A stretch of 64,000 bases of DNA from Bigelowiella natans CCMP2755 (Eukaryota > Protista > Cercozoa): positions 62,001 to 126,000 of the forward strand of contig ADNK01000023.1 of NCBI GenBank assembly GCA_000320545.1. Direction: 5' to 3'. Below the pieces are notes generated by a model. That model searched no databases, was not told where the DNA came from, and was given only the letters and a program-made list of their open reading frames with translations. Shown here piece by piece: positions 26,814-41,467 of the stretch (within the stretch, counting starts at the first letter, position 1; each line of letters begins with the position of its first letter). A program made the translations under genes and the position numbers.

Positions 26814-27254
26814 CTACATGATCCCTAGGTTACTGCTCTGAAGAATCTCAGCGTTAGATACAAACGAATCTGAGACCACATCGTTCAATTCCTCTTCTTC
26901 TGATGTTTCAACCGCAGGACTTGTGTCTTGTAGCAAAACTTGCTGAGGTTCATCCTTTTCTTTCTCCTCGTTTTTACTTTCAGGTAATTCGGTCTGTAAG
27001 CCAGCAGCAACGCACGAGACTTGCGCATGAAACTGTGCGTATCGAACCTCCTCCTATTGAATCATTTAGTGGTAATTGCTTTATAATTCAACGGATGTAC
27101 TGGCCAGCTCTCATCATCTCTTTCATCAGCACATATGCATATGTTACCTCCCATGGTGAAGCAGGTGTTGTCACTACGTTGCAGCATTTTCTGGGACATA
27201 AATAGCGATACAAGCATCCGTTTTTAGACCATTGATACGAAGCACAGAGAGGGA

Positions 27255-27304
<50 letters not shown>

Positions 27305-28032
27305 CATTACGTGCAAGAAAAGGTCTGCAGATTTAGTAGCATCGCCAGTTCAGCCACACAGATTATCAACAAAACAGCCGAGGTTATAATGAGACACGAC
27401 GATGTCGATTGGGACGTGGAGGGTTTCTCTGTTTTAACATCAGTGAGTATTGGTCCGCTAGGAGGCTTGATATTTTGATCTTCAAAGCCCTCTGTCGTCA
27501 CATCTTCCCCCACCTTATTTTGACCAACCGTTCCGTCAATTTTGGGGGAATTGCTCAGGCTTGATTTGTTATGATTCGTAGTGAGCTCATTGGAACTTCC
27601 CTCGATAAGAGAAGTTATTTTTCCGGTTTTCTTGCTGTCGTTCTTCCCCCTTGTACGCTCTGCATTCTCAGTCTCTAGCTGGGAATGACCTTGCACAAGG
27701 TGTAGAGAGTTATATTTGACAACCTCTGTATCCCTTTTAGTAGCCTTTAACTTTGGAGGAAAGGTCTCATTGTTGGCGGTTGAAAGAATAGCAGGGGTAT
27801 GCGCCTCGGCTGTGACGCTTACCGTCTTGTACTGCAACACATAGCTACTCAGAGAAAACACTCTAAAAGATTGTTTTTAGTTTTTCATTCATTTGAAGTG
27901 TGTCGGTCTATCCATTTTTCAAGCATAAAGGGTCCATCTTACCTGCTCCTCTTTCATCCATCTCGCTTCCACGGTCACAGACACCAAAACAAAGCCGATG
28001 ACCCCACACATGATGAGGTTGGAGAGATGCAT
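26814..28032 (-). CDS. Hypothetical single-pass type I membrane protein
   Basis: Signal-like MHLSNLIMCGVIGFVLVSVTVEA; Ser/Thr/Lys-rich ectodomain (ORF 27307-27861); TM segment CLIITSAVLLIICVAELAMLL; acidic tail ending ..QSSNLGIM* at 26814. Confidence 0.55.
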
Positions 28033-28069
28033 GGGATGTGGGCGAGGTAAGGTCAAGAGGGTGCACAAG

Positions 28070-28128
<59 letters not shown>

Positions 28129-28501
28129 CTCAACAGTTTGTAAATAAGTGCAATAGGGGGTAGCGGGCACAATCAACGATCATATTCACAACTGATACTA
28201 CGAGATCCAGATGTACAGGCCTGTAGAACATAACTGATCTATTGCCATGGAAACGGCATCCAAAGACGAAACAATCAGGCGAAGAAAAAACACATGGCAT
28301 TTACCTTCAAAGTCATCCACAAAACCGTGAACTCAAAGCATAAACGCCAGGCGTACAGTACCCCCCCATCGGTGAGGTTACGGTAATTCTGCGGACTGAA
28401 GTGGGTGTTTTGTGTTCGTTGTCGTAGGCGGAAAATCACAGGCGTTTTGGTAGAAAAGGCTGGGCCGAATCGACACGTTGACACTGATCGCGTGAACGAC
28501 G

Positions 28502-29571
28502 ATGATGCTCCTCGACACCATTGTAGGATGGCTGCCCTTTGCCATTGGGGCCGTCCTGATCTACATTCCGTTCCAGATTCACAGATTCTTTCGCATTCGT
28601 TCTTTCAAGTCAAAGGGCAAGACAGTGTATCCGATGAACATCGATGTCCCACCCTCACACCCAATGCCCCCCTCATCGTTTCCCTTGTCAGGGTGATTAC
28701 CGGAGGATCTCAGGGGATCGGAAAGTGCATTGCGGAGAAGTTTGTTGCGGACGGAGCAAATGTTGTTATCATGGTAAAAGATATTTCAAAAAACTTGGAC
28801 AAAAGCTGTAGCTGCGACCGACCCACCACACAAGAGAAAATCATTTCAGGCACGCACAGAGGCAAAGCTGAAGTTGGCTGTGGAAGAATTGAAGACTAAG
28901 GCAACGGGTACCACGATAGCATATCATTGTGATAGGGAAGATATACTTGAAAACACGACAATACTACTACTCCAGGTGGCGATTCGCAAAAGATAGAGTA
29001 CCGCAGCGTCGATGTCACAGATGTGAAAGCACTTAAGGAAACGATGGAAGGCCTGAAACAGGCAAGTGAAATAAGAAGAAAGAGCAAAAGGAGATCTGTG
29101 AATACAATACCTTCCATGTGAAAAAGTATTTCTACCTGGAATCGCGACAAATTGTACTGCCGTTTGCTTTTTCCAACGCACATAAATTTGGTAATCTCTC
29201 CTCCCCCTCCAGATTGACGTTCTCATCATGTCGGCAGGGCAAGCTTTGCCAGGGTGGTCAATCAACAACAGTATTGATAATTTAACAAATTTGGCGGAAT
29301 ATCTGCATATTCACCTGCTACCGTAGTAATAGTAGCAGTACAAAGGCAGTCGGTGTCTCGTCAAGCATGAATGCATGCATGGAGTGACGGATAGGCAATA
29401 TCGGCCAGGACAACACGTGTTTTCCCTTTCACTTATTCTATAGCTCTTCTTCTATTGTAGTTATTTTCTGGAGCAAGACCTCTCTATCTTCCGGAAGCAG
29501 ATCGGTAAAAATCCACAAGGGGGGGAGGTAGGGTCAAGAAGCAGCAGCCTTATTGGTGCATGTGTACGAGC

Positions 29572-29603
<32 letters not shown>

Positions 29604-29928
29604 ATTAGCGAGAATGCATTTGTTCCTTCCTGCTGAATTACAGTTATTTTGTTTTAGAGTTAAACTACTTTGGATCCCTCCATACTGCGAAGGTGTGTAG
29701 TAGCAATGTGTGCGTGCGTGCGTGTGTGTGGATGTCATTTGGAGAATGGTTCATGGAAGGATTATTTGGAGCGGCAAGTCCAAATCGTCATCATTATCAT
29801 CATCATCATCATAATCTTGACTTGTCATCGGTTGATACAACATTACCGCTGCTTTTCTTCCGCTATTATGTCTTCACCACGGCACAACGGCTAGGTTGTT
29901 GCGCCAATGATGGTGGCTCGAGGAACCG

Positions 29929-29965
<37 letters not shown>

Positions 29966-30196
29966 TAGTATTCCTCCATGTCGTCGGTTTGTGGTCCATT
30001 TGCTGCTCTCATGCCAAGCTGCTCTTCTCGTGCAGGCCATATCGTATTCACCTCGTCCGCTGCCGCCTTCGCTCCTGTGATCGGATACTCGCAATACGCC
30101 CCGAGCAAGTCTACTTCTTCCTGCAACCTAACACTCATGATGATGGCAATGACGACGATGATGATGATGATACTTCTTATTAAACGCTGAGACGTA

Positions 30197-30237
<41 letters not shown>

Positions 30238-31112
30238 CCACGGCGAATCGAAACAATATCCATGCGCACACGCATTCTTCCTACTGTGTGTGATGTGTGT
30301 TTCTTCTTCTCCTCCCCCCTTCCCCCTCCTCCTCGTACTACATGCTAGGGCAGCTATCGGAGCATTGGCGGGGTGTCTAAGAAATGAACTCTCAGGGGCT
30401 GGAATCCGTATCAGCATCGCCCATCCCCCCGGTAGTGAAGTAAAGTGAGGATCAATGATGATGATGATGATGATGATGAAGGCTGAATTAGTGAAAAACT
30501 GTTGTTCTCTCTGCGGCGGAGAGCATCACGCAAACGCTGCATGCCTTGTTTTTATGTGTACCTTTACCTTTATATTCGGCGTGGTAGTGGTAGTAGTAGT
30601 AGTAGTAGTAGTAGAAGTAGCAGCAGCAGCAGTATTTGTAGTATTTGAATGTGTTAGTACCGCTATACTGCTGCTGAAAATAATGATGATGATAGTGATG
30701 ATGGTGGAGTGGTGATGGTGCGAGATCCCTCTTCCTACTTCTCAACTCACAATCTCATAATATCATCGTCGTCGTTGTTTCTTCAGATACGGAAAGCCCT
30801 GGGTATGATTATGAAATGAAGATCAAGCCAAAGGAGTGTAAAGGTAATTAAAGTAGTAAATAGCAGTGCTTCGTAGAAGCTGCATGAACCAGAGTCCATC
30901 GTAAAACTACACACACCCAAATAAATCATGTAGCCAACCAACATAGACCTCATTCTTGTTTTGTCATTAAAGAGTTATCCTCTTGGGCAGATGTGTACAA
31001 AGCTGAGGTAGTAGTAGTAGTAGTAGTAGTAGTAATAATAGTAGTTGTCGTAGCAGTAGCAGCAGCAGCAGCAGCAGCATCTCACACATTTTGCCAAAGT
31101 ATTCCCTCTCCC

Positions 31113-31145
<33 letters not shown>

Positions 31146-31446
31146 ATGTGTGTGTGTGTTTGGGGGGGTGGGGGGATAGGGTTATTGTCATCAATGAACG
31201 ACGCATTGACCCATCATCAACGATAATATTCATAACGATCATGCTGCGCTGTAACAACTAGGATGTGGCGAACGACATCGTCACGGGAATTAAGGTAGAC
31301 TACCACCACCACCAGCAAGAAACGCCTTGAGAGAGAGAGAGAGAGAGAGAGAGACGTCTACACATATATCGATGTTAATTTTATACATTCAGCCGCCATT
31401 ATCATATAGAAGACTGGGTGCTAAGATGATAACACACTCTCTCTTC

Positions 31447-31485
<39 letters not shown>

Positions 31486-32138
31486 GTGTGTGTGTGTGTG
31501 TGTGTGTGTCTATTATTCATTGTTTGTTGCTGCTATCATCCCCTCCTCCTGCTACCTTGCTGTTGTCCCTCGTTCTCTCATTATTTTTCCATCGACTAGG
31601 CGGGTGACTATCATATAGCGACGTCCGATTTCCTTCTCAACCGTGTCGTGCAGGGTCTAGGGGCGGGGATTACCCCGAGGACGACGTAAAATACAGTTCT
31701 ACATTCATCATGCACGCTGCTGCTGCTGCTGCTGTTCTTCACTTACTCAAAGAAAATATGGTGGTGACAGCTTGCTCTCTTTGTATTCTCAGCTATTTGC
31801 TGGACCTTCTCCTAACGCCCATCTGGGCCATCGTGGCAGGTGAGATAGAACCACTTTGCATGAGAGTAGCTAGCCGGGTTTTGGGGGAAGGGGGGGGGGG
31901 GGGGGTTGCTTTTCTTTTGCGACGTTCTTTTCGTATGACGTAATTATTATATCAGCAAATACTTCGAGAGTAAGCTCATTACGCATGCCGTTGATGAAAC
32001 ACACACATCATACATAGATATAAATTTGTGAGTATCACATTGTTACGTACAGAGGTATTCCTTCACATTGAAGACTACTATGCGTACGGATATGGTCAGT
32101 CGCTTGTTAAGGGACTGAAGAAAGAAAAGAATCTTTGA
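28502..32138 (+). CDS. KDSR: 3-ketodihydrosphingosine reductase (KDSR/TSC10, SDR family), about 16 exons
   Basis: N-terminal TM; VITGGSQGIG; IDVLIMSAGQALPG; ELNYFGS; GHIVFTSSAA; GYSQYAPSK (YxxxK); HPP|DTESPGYDYEMKIKP (the KDSR PPDTxTPG..E..KP block); C-terminal hydrophobic segment; ends KKEKNL*. Confidence 0.88.
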
Positions 32139-33194
32139 AGATATTAGCTTATACGACGACACGTCATAGCATTTATGTATACATTTTTTCTACATATCAT
32201 TTATATATAATATTTGTGATCGAATGATGCGCGGTGCGGTGTAGCTATATAGCTATGTACATAACGTCTAACGTACGCGGTGGGCGGCATATATCACATC
32301 GTCAGTCAATCCACAACGCTCATCAGCATGTAATGATGAGTTATATCTAGCAGATGTAAAGATAATTAAACATCTATGCATTACGATAATGCTGTTGCAT
32401 CGCATCGATCGATCATGCACCAAGAGTATACCAATGTGCATGTGCGTGCGCGCTTTGCTACATGCACGCCGCAAGAACATGCTGGAACATAGTTGTCATC
32501 TGAATTAAATGGTTCATTCAAAGAATCGAAGTTTTGTTGTTGAGCATCGAAGTGCAAATAGATATATGACATAAGACAGGTGTAGCATGGCCATGGGTGC
32601 TGCATGGTCATGTACGTGCAGCGGTCTGTCGATCACAATGAACAGGCAAGACGGATGTAAAGAAGTGATTAAATATTTTCGATGGTCATCCTAACGTAGT
32701 TCTGCAGAGCATAATAGACATAGTAATTCTATATATATAACATTACGTGGTGTCTATCATATACGTGGTGTCTATAATGAGCAGCGTTGACAAAATACAG
32801 CGGCAAAGAATGTCATGTAAACCCCGAGGAAAGTAAACCCAATTTACAAACCGAAAATAACCAAAAAGTATCGGAAAAGAAATTAACCAATCTCACGGTA
32901 AGGAATAGGTATACCCAATAAAAATCACGATTGGCGCCATTATACTACACTGTGGACTACACCACATTATGCATGCATGTGACGCTACATGTGCGTGTGT
33001 ACATGTATGTCACGATTTGTGTTCACATGTATGCATGCGAGATGCATATCTAGATGTCTACACGACGCAGAGATGTCATTCATCGCATGTTGATTTTTAT
33101 GTTGTATGTAATCAAGTCGAAACTGAATGAGCGCCAAGTCAAGGCGTGCATGCCTTCTTGTCTTCCGACTTGATCTTCTGTCTCAAGCTGGCTA

Positions 33195-34063
33195 CTACAC
33201 GTAATTTGCCTTTCCCGTTTCAACGTTGCTGCTGGTGTCGGTCTTCTGAACTAGGAATTTGGTATCTGATGGTGGATTCTCCCGGACAACCGCCGGCCGT
33301 TCAAATGTCATTCTATCAAACTTCTGCAATGATGGGCTCGACGACGAATGGGCCAAGGGCGGATGCGAATCCGATTCCTCAAGGTGATTAAGGTGATTGG
33401 ATAATTTTCGCTTTACATCAATACAGGTTGGTGCGTTCCGCCGCTTTATATCGCTTGGATCCAGGCCGAGCGAGTGCAATCTCTTGCGGTGCTTGATGCG
33501 AACCTCGGTCATGCACTCAAGGAAGGCCTCTCGCTGCTTGCTGCCATCTCTTCCCACTTTCTCGATCAGCGCACGGAAAGCCTGCAGCTCCACCTCTACC
33601 TGCGATTCATCCTCCAACCAGTTTATGGAACTCGGAAGCAACTCTTTGATCGCAAGCAGGAACTACGAGGGGTGGGGGGAGGAAAAGAAGCTCTAATCAT
33701 TAATGAAAGCCCAGAAGACACAGAATTAGATGTAGGCAGACTCCCGCAAAAAACATTGATAAATTGTTCCACGACAGGGTCAACAACTCCCAACGACGGG
33801 CATGCAATTTCTTCAGTTTTCGGCCCCGTCGTAGAACAAAAAAATCGTAGCTGTGGAGAAGAAGAACACCGTTTCAATGCTAGGGAAAGGTTGTTTTTGG
33901 TTTAGTTTCGCAGGCAAATTTGCTCGTCAGGCATCTTGTTTCTCCCATGACGCCTCTATCTACTCCCTTACCCCCCCCGGGGAGGAGGAGGAGGAGGAGG
34001 AAGAGAAAAGTCATAGGATATAGTACAGATAGTTGCCGTAACACTTACTAGAACAATAGTACT

Positions 34064-34124
<61 letters not shown>

Positions 34125-36229
34125 AAAGCTTTGTTGTGTATGATGCCCTCCCCCTTCGGTACGATATCAAGTCTCTATTAGGACGTCTCCCACATCAGTT
34201 AGGCCTTAAATTAGACTATTATGAAGCACCTTTTCACGTCTGACTCTGTAGGAGGAGACATCCTTAATCTCGTTGCCATTCACATCGAGATTCGAACATA
34301 TATGTTTCGCGAGGGTTCTTATGATCTCAGCGGCCTAGGGATAGGATAAAGCGGGGAAAGCAGCAGATCAACAACATAGGGAAAGTGAAACCATGACCAG
34401 AATTAGAGACCAATGCAACGGGAGAAAGACAGAAAGAGCTGCAAAAATGCACCAGCAATATGCGCATGATACGTCCACAGCGGGCACGTATAGCTTACAA
34501 ACCTCATCAAACGTTTGGATCTTGAATTTCGACGTGTCACAGAAGATTTTTTCCCATTCTTTTCTCCTTTTAGCTATTTTTTGCACATCAAATGAGAGGA
34601 ACAACGAGAAGATAGAATGGTTAATGGAATGAGTGAAGCGGGAGAGTGAACAAGACAATAAGGGTTGCTGCCGTCATTATATTAATTGTCGTTATGGCCA
34701 AAGGGATAACGAAGTAAATTTTAGGTCGTGTTGTTGTTGTTGATGATGAGGAATGGTCTCTACAATTTCCTTTAAATATATCTCTACATCGAATAACTAC
34801 GACTTCTTACTGCTTGTGGGGGGTATGAATGCCCTTCTCGTGTATCGGACTAGCTCCTTCACCTGGAAAAGATGAAAGATAAAAGTGAAGAAAGTCATCG
34901 ATCTTGTTCCCGAATACGGCAGTCCTGTCGGACGCTTTTGGATGGTGGAACGTATTGAAAATTACAGGAACAATAATCACAGATCTCATGCCGCTACTAT
35001 ATACAATACGTACATCGACATCGAAGCTTTCGTTCTTGTCCATTTTCGCCATCATGTTAAAGGCAAGCAGCTCCACCCTGACGATGGAACAAATATTTTA
35101 ACATGTACGTAAAGACATTGGAAGCATCATCATTTCCCCTCTCGTCATTCTTCCCACTACCACCACCACCACCAACTGAACATTTCCTACATATATGGTT
35201 ATCTGCACGCAGTGTAATCTATTCTCCCTATGCTGCCACTTTTACTATGTTTTGGTCGTCGTTCAACGAAGATAATAGCGTTCAAAACACAAGCGACTTT
35301 TGTCCTCAGGCAGAACCAGAAATGGTGCCGTGTGGGGAAAATCGTCTGCGTTTTCTTTGAACCCTCTGCGATTGCGACACTCTAAATATTTATTTTTCCA
35401 CACTCCGTACATGTCAAAAGTGCCGTCTCCGTTTATATCGATGGTTTTAAACGTTTCGCGGATCTCCGCAATCTCCCTCACATCGGTCTGATTGTTTGTT
35501 TTTGACGAATTTATTCTCTCTATGAATGTGTTTCATCGGAAAATACACTCAAAAACTGATTTCAGGCACGCGGCGCAAACACGAAACAGTCTCTTTGTTT
35601 CTAGGACAGCATTGATACGAGCTCGGTCGTTCAATTCATCGTCCCGTGGCGCACAGTTGAGCATTATGTTTGTTCTGTCGTCGGGACATCCATGGCGCTT
35701 TAGTATTAATTATATTGCTCTGCTGCTGGACCTCGAATCTCCGCTCAAGGTATTTCTTACTACTCACGAACGGTACTATCATTGTTACCTTTCCTAGCCT
35801 GATCAAGCTCATTTGCAAATAGGCGGGCCAGTCGAGCGGTTGCTCGTCTAATTGCGTGTACAGGCGAGTCATCTCTTCCTCGGCAGTCTAAGCAACGAAA
35901 CATCTTATCTCCACGCAGTATTGATTGTTTCATCCATTAACATACGAATGAATAAATCTCTACGCATTGGTGTATGTTGTGTGCTTTTTGGTGCTTCGGA
36001 AAGGTCAGTTTTTTTAGCAATAATATAAGGGTCGTGCCTTAACGTCGGTGTCCTCTTTGTACCGACTCTTCGCTTTTTTAAGAGGTACTAAAACTCCGTT
36101 CCATTTCTCCTTCTTCTTCTCAGTGAACTCTTTCTGTAGCCTTCTAGACAAGGATATGGCGGCCTTGAACTCACGTGCTACGATGATGCAAGTAAACACA
36201 CGCACACGCACACGCATACACAGTGGTTA

Positions 36230-36292
<63 letters not shown>

Positions 36293-39011
36293 TTCCACAT
36301 GCACGAATGATTTCCACGCCACAACATACTTGATCACACGAAGTACGAGTACACAAATTGCTGTGTATTAGGAAAATAAGAGACACTCAAAAACCTGTTT
36401 GCGCTTTTCGGAGCTCTTGCTCGGCTCTCGCTTGGAATGCATCGCCAACAAATCCGGCCGCAAAAGCCCCCTATCATCAACGATCATCGCTTCAATGACA
36501 TGCCGATAGGACGAGGTGCGGCGATTATCTTTACTGGCTAATCTTCCACACAAGTACTGTCTTCCTCCAATTATTATTTTCATAAAGTGTGTCGATAGTG
36601 CCGAAGAATCACCAGCAATCTCCGACAATTTGCGACATACTTAACTTTTCATCATGTGTCTCGCATTTTTCTTTTTGGACTAGATGGTAAAATGAACTGA
36701 GTGCGCGATTGGTATTTGTTTTGCAAAATCACTCATCTGAAGCGGACACATCCTGCTACGATCCAGAAGTTTAAAAACGTTTGTTGTGTGCTTAGAATTC
36801 GAATTGGTTGTCACACCAGCATCGCAGCATAAAATGGTATTCCAAAGAGAAGCCAGAACCCCTGCAAGGACAACACCAATAGCACGCAAGGAATGGCCGG
36901 TTGAGAATAAATTATATTGATGGCATTTTATATGCTGTGAATACTGTACTCCGCCTGCAAATAATCTCTCTCTCTCCCTCTCCCTCTCATTCTCTCCTTG
37001 TTCTTTACCAGAACGACGAAATACCAGCTCTCGAGCTTTTCATTATCAATGCTGGAAGGAGGAAAGCAACAAGACGACAACAAACAAGGATGGAAAAGAG
37101 AGCAGCGAAAACGAGTACATCATTTCAGGGCGGAACACTCATGATGCTCCAAATTATGCTTGGTGCTGTCGCTTAATTGATATAAGATAGGGGACGGCTC
37201 TCTAGGGTTGGAAGCGGTAGCTTGTTGGTAAAACCTTGGAGCTTGCAATCCGCCTGTAGAAAGAGCGGTCACAGCGAAATACAGGCTCTGAATGAAGCTG
37301 TACTTCTCATGGAGGAGTCCCAATAATATTCCAATCAAGAGCCATAGAAAAAAGAAAACCGCTGCCAAATGAAGGTTTGCGAAGAAACAAGACAAAGAAT
37401 TTGACGGTAAGCTCGAAAGTTTTAACAACTGCAGTATATGAAGGTGTTATTATTTTACATATCATAAAGGTGTAAGAGTTCTTTTTCTTCCAAAGCTGGG
37501 CTCTCAGATAATACTTCTCCACCCAATTATCTTTTTTCTCTATTTCCTGAGGAGGAGGGGCAAAGAAATGGTGCTGAGCATTTGGATCTGTGATGAACAC
37601 TGACATAACACCAATAGGATGCTGCTTCTACGCTTTGCTAAGAAAGTTGGATGAACCAAACAAAGCTCTCCCTTCAATGTGATTTCATTCAATAATACAG
37701 GGAGGTTTCGATCACAAGGTTTTTACGATTACTTCCTACACCATCCGAATCTTCTTCTTCTCCTTCTATTTCCTCGTTGTTACTGCTATCGTCCTTTGGT
37801 ACTTCTCGTACCTTAACTTTCATTGCTACGAATACTACTCTCTCTGCAACGACAGCAAGAAATGACAGCCAATCAAGCTACTGCTGAAAGGAGACCTTCA
37901 ATATGTCTTCCTCCAGCTCATCTTCGTACCACTCCTGTCGACTGGTCATGACTTTATCGATTACTACATCACAACAACAAAGCAGCGGTGTGGTGAGAAA
38001 CTGCTCAACTAGGCTAACGAGAGGAGAAGATGGCATTTCCTAAATATTAGTGTAGAAGCGATCACAAGCGCAGGAGTACATCAGTACATAAGTGAGGAAT
38101 TTAATTGATTTTTTGTTTGGTTCAATCATTAGGTTATGCACATATAACTATCGTTGTCACATTCTGACGTGCAAAATTCACCATACCAACTGATAGAATG
38201 TAGCCGACAAAGCTGCTTCCGACCAGCACGTGGAATACTGTGTAACCTCTCGTCTCATCGTCATCTTCATATAGCGCACCGAATCTGCAAAACACCAAAT
38301 CAACAATCACTTCACGCTCCCTCGTTTACCATAGACTTCCACACTACAGATTACACATAAGAACTACTTCCCATTAACATTGTTGCTTATGATCCTCATC
38401 GGTATACATCGACGACTTCGTCGTAACCTAACATTGTTACATACCCAACAGATAGCCCTGCCTGTACTGCGTAGTAGAAGGAGACGGAATACGACCAGTT
38501 GTAGTAGAAGTGGTACAACATAGTACCAGCACACAGCCATATCACCAATGTCGTCGTGAGATATATTGCGCATCTATTTTTGTAGGTCGCGCGCTGAGAA
38601 ATTGGGGGGAGGAGGGAGTTTCTCACTTACAATGTCAACACTGAAATAGATCGAGTGTAACGGAAACAAAGTGCCATAACAAAACTCCTGCTAGCATGAT
38701 TTCAGCAATGCTCACTTAATCCGCACAGTTAGCAGTAAAATAATTCACGAGGTTACCCAGGTCTGCCCGAGGCACTGTTCAATGTCCTCGAGATCAATCA
38801 TGAACATGTCATCAATTTCCTGTTTCTCCTTTTCGTCTTTCTCCTTTTCGCCTTTCTCCTTTCCCTCTTTCTCAGACATTTCGACCGCCTCAGGTCTGTT
38901 GGCCTTTTCATCACCCCTTACACTCTGGAGCATACCCTTAACTGTATCCATGCAGATCGGCTGAGGCTTGTAGGCGTCCTCATCATCCCTCGCACTTACG
39001 CTGTAGCGCAT
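33195..39011 (-). CDS. Two-pore-domain (4TM/2P, TPK/K2P-like) potassium channel with cytosolic EF-hands
   Basis: TM1 IWLCAGTMLYHF; P1 WSYSVSFYYAVQAGLSVG|FG; TM2 YTVFHVLVGSSFVGYILS; TM3 AVFFFLWLLIGILLG; P2 YSFIQSLYFAVTALSTGGLQ; TM4 FWLLFGIPFYAAML; EF-loops FKTIDINGDGTFD, MDKNESFDVD and LDVNGNE. Confidence 0.8.
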
Positions 39012-39299
39012 GAACCTTAGCTTTCCTTCTGAGAAGTGACAACTGATTTTTCCTGCTCCTACAGTCGCGTCGTAGATCTACGTCAGATCTACTTCCCTAC
39101 CCCCCACAGCGGAGTCGCGGAGTCGGTTAAAAAGTATCCCAACACACGATAATGCATTTCCTCCAGACGTTTTCTTACCCGAAGCTGTGTATTTCGGTTG
39201 TCTCAGGGACAAAATCGGGGTACTTCCCAATTAGACGGGGACAACAATTTGCGAACACATGCACATCTTCTGGGAATTCCCCTTTGATTTATGACACAT

Positions 39300-39941
39300 C
39301 GATGGAGAAAACAACTCAGACCAGAAACCGCATGCCGTTTCTTACATCCATGAGATAATCGTTGTCGCACCTTAGAAATTCGCCTGCTGGAACCGAGCAG
39401 TTCGAAACGACCTCGCCATCCCCTGCAGTCTCTCTCTCGGGCTGCACGGCGGCCGTGGAAAACAAAGAAGGTTGGCACTTCGTTGCCCCCCTCCTATTCC
39501 AGGTGCCGCGAGGGGGGCTTGAAATCCAGTGTGGAATATGTACATATTCCTGAATCGTCATCACTTCATGTTACCCCCCTTCTCCTCCTTTTTACAAGCC
39601 CGGGCATGTACGGCGCTTGATGACTGCTTCATCACTGTTCACTCATTGAGCATCTTCTGACATGTCTCCCCTTACGTCCTCCCTCTCCCACTTCCACAAA
39701 GTAGCTATTTTTGATGACTGATAATGCTGGCCTCTACGGGTTTTCTGAGAACATTGTCGTACGGTCTCATGGGAGAGAGTCGCCGTGGTACGCGGAGCCC
39801 CACGCCTCGCACTACAAGCACCACCGTAGGAAACAGATCCGTACCCTTTCCGCCCAGGCAATGAAGGTATTCTAACAACTCGGCTTTGTAGCTCTTCTCC
39901 GTCCTTTTGTCTTCCTCCTTTCCTCCTCTCCTCCTCTCTCT

Positions 39942-39979
<38 letters not shown>

Positions 39980-40248
39980 CTTTCTTCATGCATTATCCTG
40001 ACTGGCTTCATTTCTCCTTGTTGCGCCTCCTCTTCTCACATTCACCAACTACAGACGACTGCTTTAATGACGCAAGGGACGCACAAGCCTCCATGGTGCG
40101 GATCACAGAGGCCGGTTTCTGTCTTCGAAGGAAACGAATTCCACGTTCACAACTCCCTCTACGATAATGGATATCTTGGCCAAAAGACCAAAGCAGAAGG
40201 CATCCATACCAAGGTAGTATCCAACTCTCTTCCTCCTCCCTCCTCTCT

Positions 40249-40342
<94 letters not shown>

Positions 40343-40719
40343 ATTTGTATAAATTCCGTTTGCTGGAAGGGGGGTATGACGTGCATATTTGTAAGAGCAA
40401 AAGTGCTGTTTTGTACCTGAACGATATCGGAACATGTTAATTAGTGGGTTCACTACGTTCTTGAATCGCACATGTTAATGCATTAAATTCAGGAGATTAA
40501 CATTATGTACACAGTTCTGATTATTTTAATGGTGGCGAATGATACTACGGAAAAACAGGCCAAGAGGGGTACCCATCTTTTGACGTTGAGGTCGAGGTTG
40601 GACCCAGGATCTCACCAAGATGAGTCACGCACACGTAGCAACAGCAGTAGTCCTACAGAAGCTTCTTCAAAACGTTCGAAAGGAGTCGACCCGGTGATAA
40701 GAATGACATACATATGCAC

Positions 40720-40759
<40 letters not shown>

Positions 40760-41424
40760 CATCCACTCCAAAACAGCTAGCTTTTGATGTTTCATGGATA
40801 CTCACACACCCCTCCTCACAAGCGACCACCTCCCCTCCTCGTGCAGGTCCTTTTGGACACAATAAGGAGTTATCGCCGACATTTAGCCCAGGATCCATAT
40901 AGTAAGAGAAAATGATGATGATGATGATGATAATGGTGATGATGATGATGATGATGCGGCGAGGAGATCAAAACGTTAAGATTAAAGAGGTATGTAGACA
41001 CTGGGTCTCGGCTTTTCGCGCTCGATGATATGAATGTGCGGGTGGTGTGTATGTGTGTATGTGTGTATGTGTGTGCGTGTGTAGACATGATACATTGGAT
41101 GTCTAAACATCCATTGGATCGAACGAACCCGCAGATGTCTTTACATCTCGCCTTCTTCTTCGAGATGGATGCTTTGCCGTAGTAGATTGCCATCACAACT
41201 ACTCTTCTTTCTTCCCCTCCCTCCCTCCGTCAAATGCCAATCACACAACAGTGAACCACGGACGCTACCAGATGACGGACATCGATCCCCGGGCTCTCGA
41301 CGGCACACTTCCCCCGAAGAAGCATAGGAGGGGCAGCCCAGCACGCGGCTCGGGAAGAACGGCGACGGCAAAGGGATTAGTCCAAGTCTCGTCTAATGAT
41401 CTGGTGAGTGTGAGTTATGTGCAT

Positions 41425-41467
<43 letters not shown>

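Noticed and set aside
29550-31943. Many short ORFs with poly-V/M/Y/H/I or SLSL/ERER/CVCV runs, here and throughout the window
   Set aside because: They are translations of intronic microsatellites or antisense shadows of real exons; many start at TTG/GTG.
38430-38450. Apparent SVGY(V) filter in ORF 38396-38626
   Set aside because: The GY arises from reading into the intron donor; the spliced sequence is SVGFG.
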